A stretch of DNA of 64,000 nt from Macrostomum lignano (GCA_002269645.1 NIVC01000037.1:310001-374000); one strand, 5' to 3'; shown: positions 47,791 to 60,772, counted from the first letter of the stretch. Notes: generated from the sequence alone by a model not told the origin. A program made the numbers and translations.

Positions 47791-50700
47791 ATGCGTGTGC
47801 CGGAGTCTCCTGCCGCCAACTCCGGCGATGTCACCGACGTCCCCGTGGCACCGGGCTGGCTGATCCCGCTGATTGCTGGCCTTGGCGCCGTCCTGCTTCT
47901 GCTGCTGGTTCTGCTGCTGATTGTGAGTTCTTTGTCATTGCGCTTGCAAGGTCACTGTTCCCAGGTGCTGAGGGTCACATAGTCCCACAGTCATTGGGGA
48001 GTCATAGTCCCACAGTCACTGGGGGTCATAGTCCCACAGTCATTGGTGGTCATAGTCCCACAGTCATTGGGGGTCATTGTCCCACAGTCATTGGGGGCCA
48101 TAGTCCCACAGTCATTGGGGGTCATAGTCCCACAGTCATTGGGGGTCATAGTCCCACAGTCATTGGTGGTCATAGTCCCACAGTCATTGGGGGTCATTGT
48201 CCCACAGTCATTGGGGGCCATAGTCCCACAGTCATTGGGGGTCATAGTCCCACAGTCATTGGGGGTCATAGTCCCAGTCATTGGGGAGTCATAGTCCCAC
48301 AGTCATTGGGGGTCATAGTCCCACAGTCATTGGGGGTCATAGTCCCACAGTCATTGGTGGTCATAGTCCCACAGTCATTGGGGGTCATTGTCCCACAGTC
48401 ATTGGGGGCCATAGTCCCACAGTCATTGGGGGTCATAGTCCCACAGTCATTGGGGGTCATAGTCCCAGTCATTGGGGAGTCATAGTCCCACAGTCATTGG
48501 GGAGTCATAGTCCCACAGTCATTGGGGGTCATTGTCCCACAGTCATTGGGGGTCATAGTCCCACAGTCATTGGGGGTCATAGTCCCAGTCATTGGTGGTC
48601 ATAGTCCCACAGTCATTGGGTGGTCATAGTCCCACAGTCAATGGGGGTCATAGTCCCACAGTCATTGGTGGTCATAGTCCCACAGTCATTGGTGGTCATT
48701 GTCCCACAGTCATTGGGGGTCATAGTCCCACAGTCATTGGTGGTCATTGTCCCCCAGTCATTGGGGGTCATAGTCCCAGTCATTGGTGGTCATAGTCCCA
48801 CAGTCATTGGGGGTCATTGTCCCACAGTCATTGGGGGTCATAGTCCCACAGTCATTGGGGAGTCATAGTCCCACAGTCATTGGGGTCATTGTCCCACAGT
48901 CATTGGGGGTCATAGTCGCACAGTCATTGGGGTCATAGTCCCACAGTCATTGGGGGTCATAGTCCCAGTCATTGGTGGTCATAGTCCCACAGTCATTGGG
49001 GGTCATAGTCCCAGTCATTGGGGGTCATAGTCCCACAGTCATTGGGGGTCATTGTCCCACAGTCAATGGGGGTCATTGTCCCACAGTCAATGGGGGTCAT
49101 AGTCCTCACAGTAATAGAAAGTCATAGTCCCACAATCATGTAAAGTCATAGTTCCATACTCATGGGGGTTCATAGTCCCAGGGTCATGGAGGGTAATACT
49201 ACAGCAAGGAGCATCGTTTATAACCTGAAAAAGAACCCTTTGTGTAGGTTCGCTGCGTCTGTGTGAATTTTTACAATACTCTAGTTGCTCGTGAAAATTC
49301 AAACATTTTTAGTTTTGCAGTTCAGTGCAAAGAAAAACACGATACAAAAACTACTATTGCTACTTATGTTAGGTAGTATGATTAGGTACAGGAAGCCCTG
49401 CCGAAAAAATGCAGCCGCAAAGGTGCTCGCTCATCACCCATAGTGATTCATTCAGACCTCCGCTAACGGTTCCCCGAGTCCGGTGTTGTCACAACCAACC
49501 AGCTCGGCTCAAGTTTCAGTCGCTTTTTGTCTGCTGCATGCTTTCTTTCTATGCCAACGGATCGTGTTGAATTGCATTTGGGGTCCTGCACACCACTGCA
49601 ATCGTGCATTAGTTAGTTCCACTGGCTGCTTTCGCTCAGTTTAGTTGTACTGCAGGGCCAGAAGAGAGCCGGACAGGAGGATATTTAGTCATAAATTCTG
49701 AAACTGGGCACTAAATGAGCTGAGTGAGTCAGCACTGACCATGGCAACATTTGGGTCAATCGTAAAAGGTCCGCAATACGCCGCTGAAACTGGTAACTGA
49801 CGGTTAATGAGTGTGAGTCTATCCAAGCAGTCAATTCTTTGTCTAATACAGATTTTGTCGCTCTGCAGATGAAGAACTCTGATCCAGTGTTTACGAGCTA
49901 GCGGATGCAGAGTCTAGGAGACAAACATTGTAAATGACATGTAGATATTCGATTCCAACTATCAATCTGCAGGGATTAGCGAAGCTGGCCACCATGTTTT
50001 CACATCTTACCCTAATCCATCTCGATTGGCTGCTCAGGTTTCCTCTATATAAGTCTCAGGTTGCCCGCCACTTCGCCTGCCTGCTAAAATTCCCCGGGTT
50101 GCTTATGCAGCCGCCCTCTGACAACAAGTCGCCGCCCCGTCTGTCCCGCCCCCAGTGGTGCTGCCATCGCCGACTGCGCGGAGACAAGCCCGAGTGCAGC
50201 GGCACCGATGCCAGAGCTGGCAGCGACGCCAATGTCGGCGCAGTCAGCGCAGTCGGCGGTCTCAGCGCCAGCTTTCCGCCATTGGCGACGCCCAGCTTCG
50301 TTCAGCGGCGGGTGCAGCCGAACTCGGCAGCGGCCTCCTCGTCGGCGTCGATTTCGTCTTACTCAGCGGCCTCGTCGCCGCTGTGCCAGTCGCCTCAGCT
50401 CAGGCAGCAGCAGCCGCAGCAGCTGCAGCAGAAACCATTGGCACAGCAACACCGACCAGCAAGTCGGCAGGGCAGCAACGGTCGTCGCCAGGCCGGCCTC
50501 GGCTTGCTGGGCTCCCGTCGGGGCTCATCAGCCAGTCTGACCATCTCGCTCAGCCCCAGCTGCGAAGCCCTCCGCCAGGAGGCCAACACGCCGGATCAGG
50601 ACAAAGAGCGAAGTCTGCTAGAGTGAGTCGGCTTTCATTTCAGGCTCAGCTTGCGATCTGGCTTTAAAGTTTCATTGCTTGCTAACGGGATAGGAAAACC

Positions 50701-53041
50701 ATACGAGCGTGTAAACTTACATACACACAGTCATAAGGGACAAGCTCGGAGACAGACCACAGACACAGTCAACAAGCACGGATTCAGACCACAGACACAG
50801 TCAACAAGCACGGATTCAGACCACAGACACAGTCAACAAGCACGGATTCAGACCACAGACACAGTCAACAATCACGGATTCAGACCACAGACACAGTCAA
50901 CAATCACGGATTCAGACCACAGACACAGTCAACAAGCACGGATTCAGACCACAGACACAGTCAACAAGCACGGATTCAGACCACAGACACAGTCAACAAG
51001 CACGGATTCAGACCACAGACACAGTCAACAAGCACGGATTCAGATCACAGACACAGTCGCAAGCCAGTAACACGACCAACCCTCACACTACAGATCGCTT
51101 AGTCAGCCACTGAGAACCTCGGATCTGCTGGACCCTGTCGGCAGTCCTCAGGCTCGACTATTCCGCGAATTCTGGTCGGTGCCGATGCACCACGCCGGAC
51201 GCGAGGAGCTGCCGGAGGCGGGCGCGGTAGCGAAGAATCGCTACGCCAGCATCGTGCCGAATGCGGCCACCAGAGTGGCGCTGGACGATGGCGGCTACAT
51301 CAATGCGAATTTTGTGCGCGGAGCCGATCTGGCTGAGCGGCGCTTTATCGCCACTCAGGTAAGGCTGATTGCTTGGGTAATTGACTTGCCTCCGGATTAT
51401 CTTAATCACTTTTGCTTCGGCTTGGTATAACAGGGGGATTTTGAGGCAGTAGTTCAATTACTGGGTTGTAAGCTACTTACCAGGTGTGGTAGGCTATACA
51501 TGACGGAAGGTGAGGTAGGCTATACATGACGGAAGGTGTGGTAGCCTATACATGACGGAAGGTGAGGTAGGCTATACATGACGGAAGGTGTGGTAGGCTA
51601 TACATGACGGAAGGTGAGGTAGGCTATACATGACGGAAGGTGAGGTAGGCTATACATGATGGAAGGTGAGGTAGGCTATACATGATGGAAGGTGAGGTAG
51701 GCTATACATGACGGAAGGTGAGGTAGGCTATACATGACGGAAGGTGAGGTAGGCTATACATGATGGAAGGTGAGGTAGGCTACATGATGGAAGGTGAGGT
51801 AGGCTGGCTACATGATGGAAGGTGAGGTAGGCTACATAATGGAAGATGAGGTAGGCTGGCTACATGATGGAAGGTGAGGTAGGCTACATGACGGAAGGGG
51901 AGGTAGGCTACATGATGGAAGGTGAGGTAGGCTACATGACGGAAGGGGAGGTAGGCTACATGATGGAAGGGGAGGTAGGCTACATGATGGAAGGGGAGGT
52001 AGGCTACATGATGGAAGTTAAGGTAGGCTACATGACGAAAGGTGAGATAGGCTACATGATGGAAGATGAGGAAGACTGCATGATGGATGGTGAGGAAGAC
52101 TGCATGATGGATGGTGAGGAAGACTGCATGATGGATGGTGAGGGAGACTGCATGATGGATGGTGAGGGAGACTGCATGATGGAAGGTGAGGTAGGCTACA
52201 TGATGGATGGTGAGGTAGGCTACATGATGGAAGATGAGGGAGACTGCATGATGGATGGTGAGTGAGACTGCATGATTAATTTACCGCCAACTGCAGGGCC
52301 CACTGGCCGAGACCCTAGCCGACTTCTGGCAGATGATCTGGGAGCAGCGGCCCAGCGCTATCGTCATGCTCACAGACCTGGTAGAGCGGGACAGGCCAAA
52401 GTGCGAGCTGTACTTTCCACTGCACGTTGGCGACCGGATGAGGCACGGCCGGGTGAGCGCCGAGCTGCTTGAATTGGACAACGGCGAGCAGGGATTTCAA
52501 CGGCGACTCTTGCGACTTGATGTGAGACGAAGCGATAGGGAGTACTCTCTGCTAGTTGGATTGTGATGGGTGAAACTTATCCGCTATCAAGATAATCTGC
52601 ATTTACAGTTACTATCAGTAGTTGACAAGCATTTGTATACCCTATTTTAACCGACAATACTGACGGTTCCGCCCACAGCACTCTGAGCAGCCGAGCAGCG
52701 GTGAGCCCCTGCTGGTTGAGCACCTGTGGTTCCGCAGCTGGCCCGATCACACATCGCCCGATTCGGCTGTCTCCCTGCTGCCCCTGGCAGAGCGGTCCGT
52801 GTCGTTGCCCGGCCTGCTGGTGGTTCACTGCAGCGCCGGCCTGGGCCGTACCGGCGCCTTCTGCGCCCTGTGCATCTGCATCCGCCAGCTGCTGGACACA
52901 GGCGCCTGCGACTGCTTGGCAACGCTCTGCCGCCTGCGACTGGACCGCGGCGGGATGGTGCAGTCGCACGAGCAGTACGAGTTTCTGCACACCGCGTTGC
53001 GCCACTTTGCCCTGACTCGGCTGGCCACTGCCGACCGGTGA
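47791..53041 (+). CDS. PTPRR: KIM-containing transmembrane protein tyrosine phosphatase (PTPRR/PTPN5/PTPN7 family), about 498 aa; exons 47791-47922, 50060-50622, ~51145-51358, 52297-52521, 52679-53041
   Basis: TM segment GWLIPLIAGLGAVLLLLLVLLLI|V, KIM-like LLGSRRGSSASLTISL, then KNRYASIVPN, YINANFV, FIATQ|GPL..T..DFWQMIWEQ, KCELYFP, WPDH, VHCSAGLGRTG and MVQSHEQYEF. The GT-AG junctions join in frame (1497 nt). The start codon and the exon-3 acceptor are less certain. Confidence 0.88.
47974..49100. repeat. Minisatellite, 24-bp unit (GGTCATAGTCCCACAGTCATTGGG), PTP intron 1
   Basis: About 45 tandem copies. This is the source of the GHSPTVIG and VIVPQSLG ORFs. Confidence 0.97.
50753..51055. repeat. 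Minisatellite, 32-bp unit, PTP intron 2
   Basis: About 9 copies of AGACCACAGACACAGTCAACAAGCACGGATTC. Confidence 0.95.
51485..52272. repeat. Minisatellite, 24-28-bp units grading in sequence, PTP intron 3
   Basis: Units change from GTAGGCTATACATGACGGAAGGTGAG to GTAGGCTACATGATGGAAGGTGAG to GAAGACTGCATGATGGATGGTGAG. Confidence 0.95.
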
Positions 53042-53069
53042 GGGCGGGCCCGCGGAGACTGCAGTCTGG

Positions 53070-53498
53070 ATGGCAGATTGCACTGTGATAGAGGCAGATC
53101 GCATTGTATGGGATAGAGGCAGATTGCACTGTATGTGATAGAGGCAGATTGCACTGTGTGTGATAGAGGCAGATTGCACTGTATGTGATAGAGGCGGACT
53201 GCACTGTGTGTGATAGAGGCAGATTGCATTGTATGGGATAGAGGCAGATTGCACTGTGTGTGATAGAGGCAGATTGCACTGTGTGTGATAGAGGCAGATT
53301 GCACTGTATGTGATAGAGGCAGACTGCACTGTGTATGATAGAGGCAGATTGCATTGTATGGGATAGAGGCAGATTGCACTGTGTGTGATAGAGGCAGACT
53401 GCATTGTATGGGATAGAGGCAGATTGCACTGTATGTGATAGAGGCAGACTGCACTGTGTGATAGAGGCAGACTGCACTGTATGTGATAGAGGCAGATA
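53070..53498. repeat. Minisatellite, 25-bp unit (GAGGCAGATTGCACTGTGTGTGATA), just 3' of the PTP stop
   Basis: About 17 tandem copies. This is the source of the repetitive ORFs at 52577-53518. Confidence 0.95.
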
Positions 53499-55067
53499 TC
53501 AGTTTGGCTAATGAACAAACGATGGAGGCTACTGATTAAGAAAGGTAGACCACTACGTAGAGGGATCTGTACAAAAGGTCATACAGTACTTAAAAAGGTC
53601 ATACGCGTGTCAGTTGTGTTGTTATAGTAAACTCACTGTACTCACAAATGATCGAATCTGCGACTTACTTTGTGCGTGCAAACCCGATTCAGTTTTGTTT
53701 TGCTTATTAATTATTGCAAGAATGCGTTGATTTTAATTTAGGGAGAACTTTTTTGGCAGCCTTTAAAAATTTTAACAAGATTCTTCTCTTTTCTGTTTTG
53801 GTCTCAAGCAAACTAATTTGATTTGTTTTTGTTTAACTGTCTGTGTTATTTTCTGTCTTTTAGAGTTGCAGTCCAAGACGATTTGTGCATGTTGTGTTGT
53901 CCCTGCCGAAGTAGCAAAATACGAGCAGGCGCTTCCGCACTTCAAAGTTAATTCTCTGTTGGGGTGCGAAATTTTCTGTTCTTTAAACACCAATATGGAC
54001 TGAGTGTACAGCAGCCCCGACTTTTTAATCGTCAAGCATGTGTACAACACACCAGATGAAAAATTCCCAATGCTTTTTTGTTAAACGAAATTAGGACTGC
54101 AAATATTTTATTTTCATAAATTTGAAGACTTTCGTCCGGAGAGACTCAATGTCCTGCAGTGGTCACATGTTGTGCTTTAGCCCTCGCTCCTTGCTTTTAG
54201 TTGCTGTGCCTAGCAGTCCTACTGCAGCTGCTGTCGTGTCCATCTTTGCCCGCCCAAATCCCAGCTGATCCCCGCTGACATGTATTCTTTGACTGACCAA
54301 CTCAATTAATTTTATTGTCCGGTGTGTTGCCATGCGCTGTGCTTATTCGAGTCTTACTAAAGAGCTATAAAAATTATTTTTTTCTAACGAAGGTCGGTCG
54401 AGGTGTCAGAAAAATAATGATTAACAACCATGAAATACAATGGATATCGTGAAAATGTAGAGTTGCACAAATGTTTTTTTGCTCACAGAATCAAACGAAA
54501 AACATGTTGGTAAGATTGTGTTTATTCTTTTTTGTTTAAATTGGTTTCGAGCAGCGCTATAAATAAAATATAGTTATTGAACATAGAAGATACTATAATA
54601 ACAAAAACCCAGCGGCTATCGAATTTGCGTATAATCTACTGTCAGTAGAAAGTCAAATATCGAAGCATTTTAATTAAAGGCCAAGACTCTAAGTCGCTCC
54701 TCATGCCCCCGAGCTTAACCCCCCCACCGCGTCTTTCGGCACAAAATCTCTACCCCCCCCCCCAAATTTTATTGCCTTCCCTGGTGTTCGAGCCTAAAAC
54801 TGCCACGATGTACAGTCACAGTGGGGCTGGCTAAGGTACATTAATTGAGGTTTGCACCAATAAGCCTGTGGTTTTGTATACGCCTGCAAGTCAGGACCCC
54901 AAAACTATCATTCTTTTCTAAAAAAATAGCTCACGAATTCTTTCTTGCTACTGAACCAAATTAAGTAGAGCAACACATACCAAGCTTATATACAGCTACA
55001 AAGCAACTATCCAGTTGTTATAGTCACTGCTAGTTAACGTTAATAAAACTCAGCAGCATTAATAACG

Positions 55068-56359
55068 CTAGTCCTGCAGTTCAGTGGGAAAATACTCGCA
55101 CTGCACCTGGCCAATCTGAGAGCAGGACGCGGACTTTCTTCGCCTGATGATGGCCAGGTTGCGCGGCCGATTCAGCTTGCCAGCTCTGCGACCGTTGTGT
55201 TGGATGCTTTCAACGCGACCAAAATGCGACTGCAGATCCAAGTGACTCTGGCATTTCCTACCGCGGAGCGTAGCGTTGCCAGATTGATCGATTGGCTGCT
55301 GCGATTGGCTGCGCTGCAGTGACGTCATCTTCTCGTCTGGGCTGCTAGGCGACTCCTGATTGGTTGAGAGAGACGCCGGCTTCTCCGGAGTTGGCGGCCG
55401 ACAGGCGTCTTCCGATGCGGTCAGCCGCGGATCGTAGGCAAGCTGGTGAAACCAGGCTCCGCTCTTGGCCGCCAGCAGGCGACTCTCTCGGCACAGTTTG
55501 CACATCCAGGCTGTCTGGCCGGGTTGCTTTGGCCACGTTTTGTCCTGCGACTGTCTGACAGTTTACAGTTTTACATATGAGCGTATTATTTTATTTTTTA
55601 ATTGATTTTACACTCTACTGTAAGTAGCGTAGTCGAAAAAAGTAAATTATTATTTTTTTATAACTTTCAAATACTTCTACTGTTAGTCAGTTTCATTTTT
55701 AGTATATTAGACTAGCAATCAGCGCCCCCGTTGAGGGGGGACAAAGAAAGGAATCTGCAACTACTTATACATGTAGGTTTTGACATTGTACAGTCACTAT
55801 TGTTAGTATCCTATTAAGGGAAATTATTTTTAAGGTAAACAGCATCCGCCCTTAAAGACAGAAATCTAGCCTAAGCTATCAGATCCCATGGAGCAATCCC
55901 CATGAGCCACAGCATTTCAACAATTCCCCCTACAAGCCTTGACCTCAAAGCAATTCCTCCGTGAAGAATTTTACTTAAAAAATTGCTTAACTAAACGGAT
56001 GAAGCTCACCCAGCCTCCGGCAGAGGTCGAGCGCAGGCGTCGCAGTACTTGTATCCGCAGTCCGAGCACCTGCCGGAAGGCCGCCACCACCGGTGCCGAA
56101 GTCGAAGGCCGCACAGGCGGCAGCTGGCCAGACCGTCGCCGCACTGGGCAAGTCGCAGCCGTTCAACCTGATCAGCGACGCGACCGACGCGGCCCCAGTC
56201 GAGCAGCCGGAGCGCTCGGTCGCGCCGGAGGACGTCGCCAATTGCGGCGCACTCGGCCGGCGTCAGGGCGGCGACGGCGGAGCGCGGCGTCGACCAGCCG
56301 CGAGCGATGCAGGCGCGCAAGCGGAGCTGCCGGTCGGACGGGCAGAGCCAGCTTTGCAT
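55068..56359 (-). CDS. RPH3AL: Rabphilin/Noc2 (RPH3AL)-like Rab effector: Slp-homology domain with FYVE-type zinc finger; exons 56359-56010 and 55554-~55107/55068
   Basis: MQSWLCPSDRQLRLRACIARGWS..LTPAECAAIGDVLRRD..CRLCG..CSDCGYKYCDAC..|..WMCKLCRESRLLAAKSGAWFH matches the Noc2/rabphilin pattern WVCPNDRQLALRA..GWS..WLCKIC..SGAWF. The phase-2 intron GG|GTGAGC..TGTCAG|A restores the frame. The 3' end is uncertain, and no C2 exons were seen. Confidence 0.85.
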
Positions 56360-56906
56360 ATCGGCGATGATCGGCTTGGGTGCGTGAGCAGTGCGCGGCT
56401 TGGCTTACAAATAGAATTGGCTTGGCAAACTTGAGCGCTTTGATCTGATTGGCTGGTCAACGTCTGTGGCTACCCACCTCCCCGACCACCACTAACTCAC
56501 ACCCAAGCTTATATAACATTGCGCTTCTATTTTCATGCCTAAATTAAAATAATGTACACGTCATGCTTAACTATACAATATAGGTTTTTTCGGTCAAGTA
56601 GCAAAATAGCAAACTTAAGTGCAAGTAACTCAGTTCAAGTGCGATATTCAAATCAAATAGCAAATTGCAATGAAGGGACCCATATAATAAACTTAATACC
56701 TGAAATTTGGTGGTTTAGGAAATCACAGCTAGTCTTATAAATTCACTCATGAACCATCAATGCACACGTCTTATGTACAAAGGAATGAAAATTGTTGTAG
56801 ATCTTGGTTCTTGTGATAGAGTTCATGCCAAAAAGTAAGCAAGTTAGAAGCTTATAAAGTACATAATGCATGCATCATAAACATGAATTTAGAGTAGTTT
56901 CTGGAA

Positions 56907-57185
56907 TTGGTTCACTGGTTCAGTATTGATTCACTGGTTCACTGGTTCACTGGTTCACTGGTTCACTGGTTCACTGGTTCACTGGTTCATTGTTGGTTCA
57001 CTGGTTCACTGGTTCACTGGTTCACTGGTTCACTGGTTCACTGGTTCACTGGTTCACTGGTTCACTGGTTCACTGGTTCACTGGTTCACTGGTTCACTGG
57101 TTCACTGGTTCACTGGTTCACTGGTTCACTGGTTCATTGTTGGTTCACTGGTTCACTGGTTCACTGGTTGACTAATTCACTGGTT
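56907..57185. repeat. Microsatellite-like array, 8-bp unit ACTGGTTC
   Basis: About 34 tandem copies. Confidence 0.97.
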
Positions 57186-57817
57186 TACTGATTCATTATT
57201 GTGATGAGGACGCACTTTTTCCCAAATCCCGCGCTAGCACATGGGCTCTAAACTTACTTGCCTACTAACAGTGGGCAGTGGGCATTTTTATCCTTTTTCT
57301 GCGAATTTTCATAGAATCTATACTAGATATAATGTCTGGCCATACTAGTAGTCATAATAACATAGGCGCAGCTTTTTGGGTCATAAATCATCGCTTTCGA
57401 AGCTGATCTGACAGCCACCTGCGCCTCACTCAGTGTTGAAGCGGGCGCCAGATGGTCTGAGAGGATGCGGGCGGTAGCTTTTTTCTCATCATTTTGACAG
57501 GCCATCAAGATTTATGAGGTCAGAGCCTATTGTTCGGATTCACTCAAGCGTGTGACAGCTTTGACAGCTATGCGTTTTACCCCTAAAAGTACCTTGGGAT
57601 TGGCGATTAGCGATTTCTCTTCATTATCTTCGCTTTCTATTTAATAAGAGCTTTCTAATGTATATTTTTTCATTAATTTCTGTCAATCCTACGCGAAAAG
57701 TCATAAATCATTTTGTTGCGATTTTGAGTGATTTATTGCCGCACCTGTCATCTTTTTACGACCCTGTGGGAACTGATAGGGTCTCTCGGTCACGTGATTC
57801 TGGGTAGCAACGAGCTT

Positions 57818-57922
57818 AGCCAATCAGAAAATTCGGCGCTCATTTTAACAAAACGGCTCAGCCAATCAGAATCGACGTGTTCCGTTATAACAAACTGCGG
57901 TCCAGTTGGCGGCTATTTAAAC
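57818..57922 (+). promoter_or_regulatory. Pol II promoter-like module (two CCAAT boxes plus TATA-like)
   Basis: AGCCAATCAGAA at ~57818 and ~57859, then GGCTATTTAAAC at ~57912. It may belong to a TE rather than a host gene. Confidence 0.4.
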
Positions 57923-59197
57923 CGGAGTTTTTGGCCCGCTCGGACGCAACTTCTTCTTACTTTGGCTCGGGCCCAGCGCGCAACTTCTGGTTCCCGGAGC
58001 ACGACCGTCGTTTCTTGATCCCCGGATTGCAACTTCCCCCATCATCATCAAGGACGAGTCCCCCGGTCGACAGCAGCGAACATCCAGTTAAGAGCATCAC
58101 CTGCTAGCTAACAGCGAAGATTGTGACAGCATCATCCCGAGTCTACAGCTGCAGAGCATCGAGCCGATTCGGTCACTGTGGAATACCTGGTCTCCGGCTG
58201 TTGAGTTTCTGATTGGTTGGGTGAGAGGCTACCTAGACTTGCTTGATTGGGTGATCCCTTTTCTGTCCCCTGTTGCAGTAGCTGAATTAGGCGCACACTT
58301 TTGCTCATTTTGTTCAGTAGTGCTGTTGCTGAGGCAGGAATCATTCAATAATACTGCTAGTAGTCTAAGACTCCAATTCAATCTGAAGTGTGAAGTGAAC
58401 TAAGGAGAAGGTTAAATCTAACAGTTATCTTTGTCGGCTTTATTTCTTTGTTCGCCGATGGCTCAGATGAGTAGCTAAGCTAGTAGGCGCCGGTCACAGT
58501 GGACCAATGGCAAGGCAGTTCTCAGTCGACCAATCTAACAAATCAGTGAGCAAAACTGCCAAAAGTGCAGAATCGGCGCCAGAGATGTACTTTGTGCACT
58601 CTAGGGTAGCCAAGCGGCTCGGGTAAATGAATCATGCGGTCTCTGAAGTTCGAGTTAGCCTATCATCAGCGCTATGAGAGGCTAGTTGGCGCGTTGAAGG
58701 CCAAAAGTACATATCTTCGTATTTAGCAATGTAATAGTACATGCAGCTACCCCATAGACTCGCCACCGCAAGAATCCCCTGCACAAGTCCCCTCTGTACC
58801 TGCATGGCCAACGCGATCTAGTCCCAGCAGTGTCCCTTATCATCGGCTATGACTTCGAGATTGACAGCAAAAAGACACTAGTTGGCAGGTAAGTGCAAAG
58901 CCCCTTCTAGTCGGAAGCCCGATTTCGAGAGTCCCGGTGTGGTGAGCCAGGGCGCACGGGCTGGTGGCAGCAAGTTAGTTGATCCGCGGATTAGCTAATT
59001 TCTACTTTCAAAATTCTCCCTGCTCGTCTCTCGCTGTCCCTCTCTTAGCTATAGGACCTAGACTGCTCGCCACACGATCAAGCTACCATGGGGCTGACCA
59101 TCTGACAGGAGTGGGGGCCAGGTCTCTAATTGATTTATTTCTGAGCCTGAGGCCCGAAGGCTTCCCTAACAAGGAGCCCGAAGGTCGAAACCCATCA

Positions 59198-59665
59198 ATT
59201 GGTTCACTGGTTCACTGGTTCATTATTGGCTCACTGGTTCACTGTTTCACTATTGGTTCACTGGTTCATTATTGGTTCACTGGTTCACTGGTTCACTGGT
59301 TCATTGGTTCACTGGTTAACTGGTTCACTGGTTCATTATTGGTTCACTGGTTCATTGGTTCACTGGTTCACTGGTTCACTGATTCATTGGCTCACTCATT
59401 CACTGGTTCACTGGTTCATTATTGGTTCACTGGTTCACTGGTTCATTGGTTCACTGGTTCACTGGTTCACTGGTTCATTATTGGTTCACTGGTTCATTGG
59501 TTCACTGATTCACTGGCTCACTCATTCACTGGTTCACTGGCTCACTGGCTCACTAGTTCGCCATTCACTGGCTCACTGGTTCATTGGTTCACTGGTTCAC
59601 TAGTTCACTGGTTGACTCGCTCACTGACTCACTAGTTCACTGTTCACTGGCTCACTGGTTCATTG
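59198..59665. repeat. Second, more degenerate ACTGGTTC array
   Basis: Same 8-bp unit and orientation as 56907-57185. Confidence 0.95.
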
Positions 59666-60235
59666 CGGAAGTAACTAAACGAACGAATGTAGACCTCTTT
59701 ACTTATCAGAAGCAATGTAATATAGGAAAAATTAAAGAAAAAATTAAAAGATGAAATTTGGTAAAATTTTGGTTGTAAAAGGCGTAAATTCGCCAGCACA
59801 ACTGCATGGCACAGCACCCAGGTGGCTTTTAAGCTAATTATTGCATAATTACACTGCTTATGTAGTTTCCCCGCGTATCATTTATGTAGCAAACTTTACC
59901 TGTAGCCCAGTACAGCTCAAACCAGGTATGCAGTTGAGTGCATGATCATCTGTATGAACAAGAAGCTACACGCGATCTTAAACACTCGGCGCTTGTGGTC
60001 GAATAACGACCGGATGGCAGTGCAGGGGCGATCGAACCGAGGAAGACGCAGTTTTTTATTGGTAGCAACTATAAAAGTAGAGAGCGATCTCGCCCATCCA
60101 GAAATGCCTCTCGTAAATTCAGCTGTTTATAAAGAACTTCCTGCTCTTTTGAATATTTTTTTGCAAATTTCACCGCGCAAACCTGGAACTAAGGCAAGCT
60201 ATCTGAATATAGTTGAATTCGTGTTTCTTCATGCT

Positions 60236-60772
60236 ATGCCCGCCTTTGCCAGACCGAAATTTAAGCTGTCGAAAGCTCCGATGCCGCTGCTGCTGCTGCT
60301 GTTTCTGCAGCTCTGCGGCAGGTGCAACGGCGCGTCAAAGTGCTTAGCCTGCGACAACTATTTCGAGTTGAACTTGCGCAACCTGGATACCACTAGCAAG
60401 TCGGAGATTCTGAAGCGCTACTGCGGAATAGAAGCTCGTATCACGGATAGCAACCAGGCCGACTGCGGTGGTGCCGACTATGACGGCTGCGTGAAGATTG
60501 TCACCCGCTCCTACCGGTATCACATCGACCGAGAGGGCGTCGGCATGCGGGCTCCGGAGACTCTCATTTCAACTGTGGTCACTCGCGACTGCGCCGAGAT
60601 TCCCAAAGCAATGGGCGTCGGGTGTCACATGCTGTACGGCGCTGGAAGCACTACAGAGATGTGCTACTGCAAAGGAGACTATTGCAATGCGGCGGGGCGA
60701 CTGCAACTGAGGCATAACGTGTTACTGCCTGGCTTGTTGTTGTTGCTGTATTTAATTGCCAGGGCCGTTTAA
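60236..60772 (+). CDS. Ly6/uPAR three-finger (quiver/sleepless-like) GPI-anchored protein; start at 60236 or 60281
   Basis: Signal peptide MPLLLLLFLQLCGRCNG, ten Cys in an LU pattern (KCLAC..C..C..GC..RDC..GC..MCYCKGDYCN), and a hydrophobic C-terminal GPI signal VLLPGLLLLLYLIARAV. Single coding exon. Confidence 0.85.
   Translation: MPAFARPKFKLSKAPMPLLLLLFLQLCGRCNGASKCLACDNYFELNLRNLDTTSKSEILKRYCGIEARITDSNQADCGGADYDGCVKIVTRSYRYHIDREGVGMRAPETLISTVVTRDCAEIPKAMGVGCHMLYGAGSTTEMCYCKGDYCNAAGRLQLRHNVLLPGLLLLLYLIARAV

Noticed and set aside
59135-59195. Hammerhead ribozyme
   Set aside because: GAAAC and a weak stem II are present, but the CUGANGA core is not correctly positioned. CTGATGA hits at ~993 and ~47278 lack a downstream stem II-GAAA.
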